From Lepidodermella squamata (Eukaryota > Animalia > Gastrotricha): 64,000 nt of DNA. The number at the start of each line of letters is the position of its first letter. The first letter of the stretch is position 1. The position numbers were made by a program, and so were the translations under genes. Of this stretch, positions 62,144 through 64,000 are shown in pieces. The notes beneath the pieces were generated by a model, which saw only the letters and a program-made list of their open reading frames with translations, ran no database searches and was not told the DNA's origin. Location: assembly GCA_047495785.1 (NCBI GenBank), contig JBLDXI010000016.1, forward strand, positions 310,001-374,000, given 5' to 3'.

Positions 62144-63892
62144 TTACTTCATAGCTTTTAAGACTTTGAAAGATGACGGAAAAAAATTGCGCCAATAAAA
62201 TTCAATTATTAAATCGACCGAGTTCGCCCAGGTTTCGTCTTTTTGTATTGTTAGTAGCAATTGCTGATCAGGAGTCCACAGCAAAAGATACGCAATTCGT
62301 CGACCCGTGCAAACCAGTGTCGCCTGTATTTGGTGAAACCAGGGATGCCGCTCTTGTAAGTGATATTTGCCGCGCAAATACTTGATGGCTGGCACTTTAC
62401 CAGCTCGAATTTGACCAGTCAAAGTTACGGCTCGCTTCTTTGATGGCCTGCAGGAGAACAAACATTTGACCTATCAAAAACAAGCTATTTTTAAGAATAA
62501 ATTAATAAAAAAAGCTTCAACCTCTAAAATAGCGTCATCTCGCACTAAACCATCAGGGCTGGCGCCGAAAATTCCCGATGAGTGCAACCAGATGCCGGTG
62601 TGTTTAGAAGAACCAAAACCAAGCTTCTCAAAAGCAGCAATGCCATCACTCTCGTGCTGCACGCCGTATCTTACCGCTTTCACATTCTAAGCATTTCGAT
62701 ACTTGAATCGAATTTTCACATAACAAAATAATAAACCTATAACGAGGGAATCATGCGTAATGTTCACGAGGTAATGATTGAACGTAAAATAAATAAATTG
62801 TAGGCCGGGTTTGCAGGGTCAAAGTACAACTCTAAAAATAGCGCGCGACGGTTAAAAATAGCACTATTCTGTAACGTTCTATGTGTAGTCTTATTTTTCA
62901 AATTTTTCAGATTTTTCAAACTATTTTAGAAATTCCACTATTGAAATAACCCAGAATTATCAAGATAAATTTAAATAATCTGGAGAATCTGAAGAATTTG
63001 AAGGTTTTCGGAAAATCCGATCTTAAAGTAAGAATTTTCTAGCTAATCATAAGTGAAGCCGTCAATTCAAGGAAAAGCTAAGAGATAGGTTACAATCGAT
63101 GTTCTTTCGATGAGTTACTCTGCATTGTAGGCCGGGTTTCGTAAGGTCAAAGTCCAAAGCATGATTCACGCTATTGAAATAATGCAGTTAGTTGTTAGCA
63201 TATTTTTTCAAATTCTTCAGATTCTCCAGATTATTTAAATTTATCTTGATAATTCTGGGTTATTTCAATAGTGGAATAATCATCAACAGCTTGTCGCATT
63301 TGTGACCACGGGACAGCGTGATGAGCCGATGTGGTTTCGCGTTCGAGTCGGCAGACTTACATCTTCGATGATTCATGCAGTGTTCAACACCGTCAAATCG
63401 AAGAAATTTCTTGAGACTGGAGAGATGCCGAAATCAATGAAGAAAATTAACTGTTTGCCTAGGAGGAAAGAGCATTTCAATCGTTTTCCCCTCGAGGCTA
63501 GGTATATCCTCGAAAAACTTCCTCCAGGCCCTGTCAGTTTTTGAAAACGATGACTTGACCGCCATCATCACTGCAGCCTTGTGCTTGCAACGTCCTAGTC
63601 CACGCTTGCAGCCACACGTAGCATTCTTAATGCCGAGCTTGTCATCCAGATCCATCTTCGAAGAAATCTTATGATTAATTGTTAACTATTAATTGAGAAA
63701 ACATACTTCCACCGAATAAGAATGCGTCCGATATGAAGACCAGACACTTCCATTTACGTGTCCTGTGTCACCGTCGTAGCATATACTTCGAACTCGATTA
63801 AACTTGAGGTAAAGTTCGCCATGCTTCTTAAAACTCGCATATTCGTCACCAAAAAACTCTTCTATCCACTTGTCTTTAACAACACTGGACAT
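62144..63892 (-). pseudogene. SWIM zinc finger plus YqaJ (lambda-exonuclease-like) nuclease gene of the same element, disrupted by an internal inversion and insertion
   Basis: SWIM CGC......CKH; YqaJ motifs YG..HE, GASPDG, LEV and HQIQ. The TGQ....W...R.GRLTSS motif lies on the opposite (+) strand at about 63300-63365. Confidence 0.75.
62932..63277. repeat. Perfect 71-bp inverted repeat (62932-63002 and 63207-63277) with a ~204-bp spacer
   Basis: ATTCCACTATTGAAATAACCC...GAAGAATTTGAA and its exact reverse complement. Confidence 0.9.
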
Positions 63893-64000
63893 TTCTTTAA
63901 TGAAAATGCTGATATGTGATGTGGATCATAGTTTGATAGCAAAAAACAGCATTCAAATTGCATATGAGTGACGATTACGACCTCTGAAGCACTAAAACCC

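Larger units (their letters stand above)
60374..63892. mobile_element. ISL2EU-type (PIF/Harbinger-related) DNA transposon; termini not resolved
   Basis: A convergent THAP-DDE transposase and YqaJ nuclease gene pair is the established ISL2EU organisation. Confidence 0.75.

Noticed and set aside
60340-64000. GGGTTT...AAACCC as termini of the ISL2EU element
   Set aside because: The match is too short and imperfect, and the true right end probably lies beyond the window.

Overview
Gene-dense eukaryotic (metazoan invertebrate) DNA with about 45-60 nt GT-AG introns and AATAAA poly(A) signals. I cannot name the species from the sequence. Many genes are split across several ORFs of the supplied track or missed by it, so I spliced them by hand. 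The window is dominated by local duplications of divergent secreted, membrane and sensory-type genes: 4 Cys-rich EB-like GPI-type genes plus a decayed copy; 2 Ly6/uPAR-like membrane proteins; 4 minimal Cys-loop channel subunits with enlarged Cys-loops; 6 nucleoredoxin-like genes with progressively degenerate active sites; 2 Kunitz-like peptide genes absent from the ORF track; and 2 head-to-head pairs of an orphan class A GPCR and a prepropeptide gene. Single-copy genes include a secreted EGF/L-type-lectin/PAN mosaic protein, an intronless class C (GABA-B-like) GPCR, a ~1970-aa ankyrin protein with higher-order periodicity, a GFRP-like protein and a MADF protein. Mobile DNA comprises several MITEs and, at the right end, an ISL2EU-type transposon (THAP-DDE transposase plus a convergent SWIM-YqaJ nuclease gene broken by an internal inversion). 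The best candidates for something new are the co-duplicated GPCR/peptide module, the atypical Cys-loop receptor family and the hypervariable Kunitz-like peptides. All family calls rest on motif recognition by eye, with no database search.
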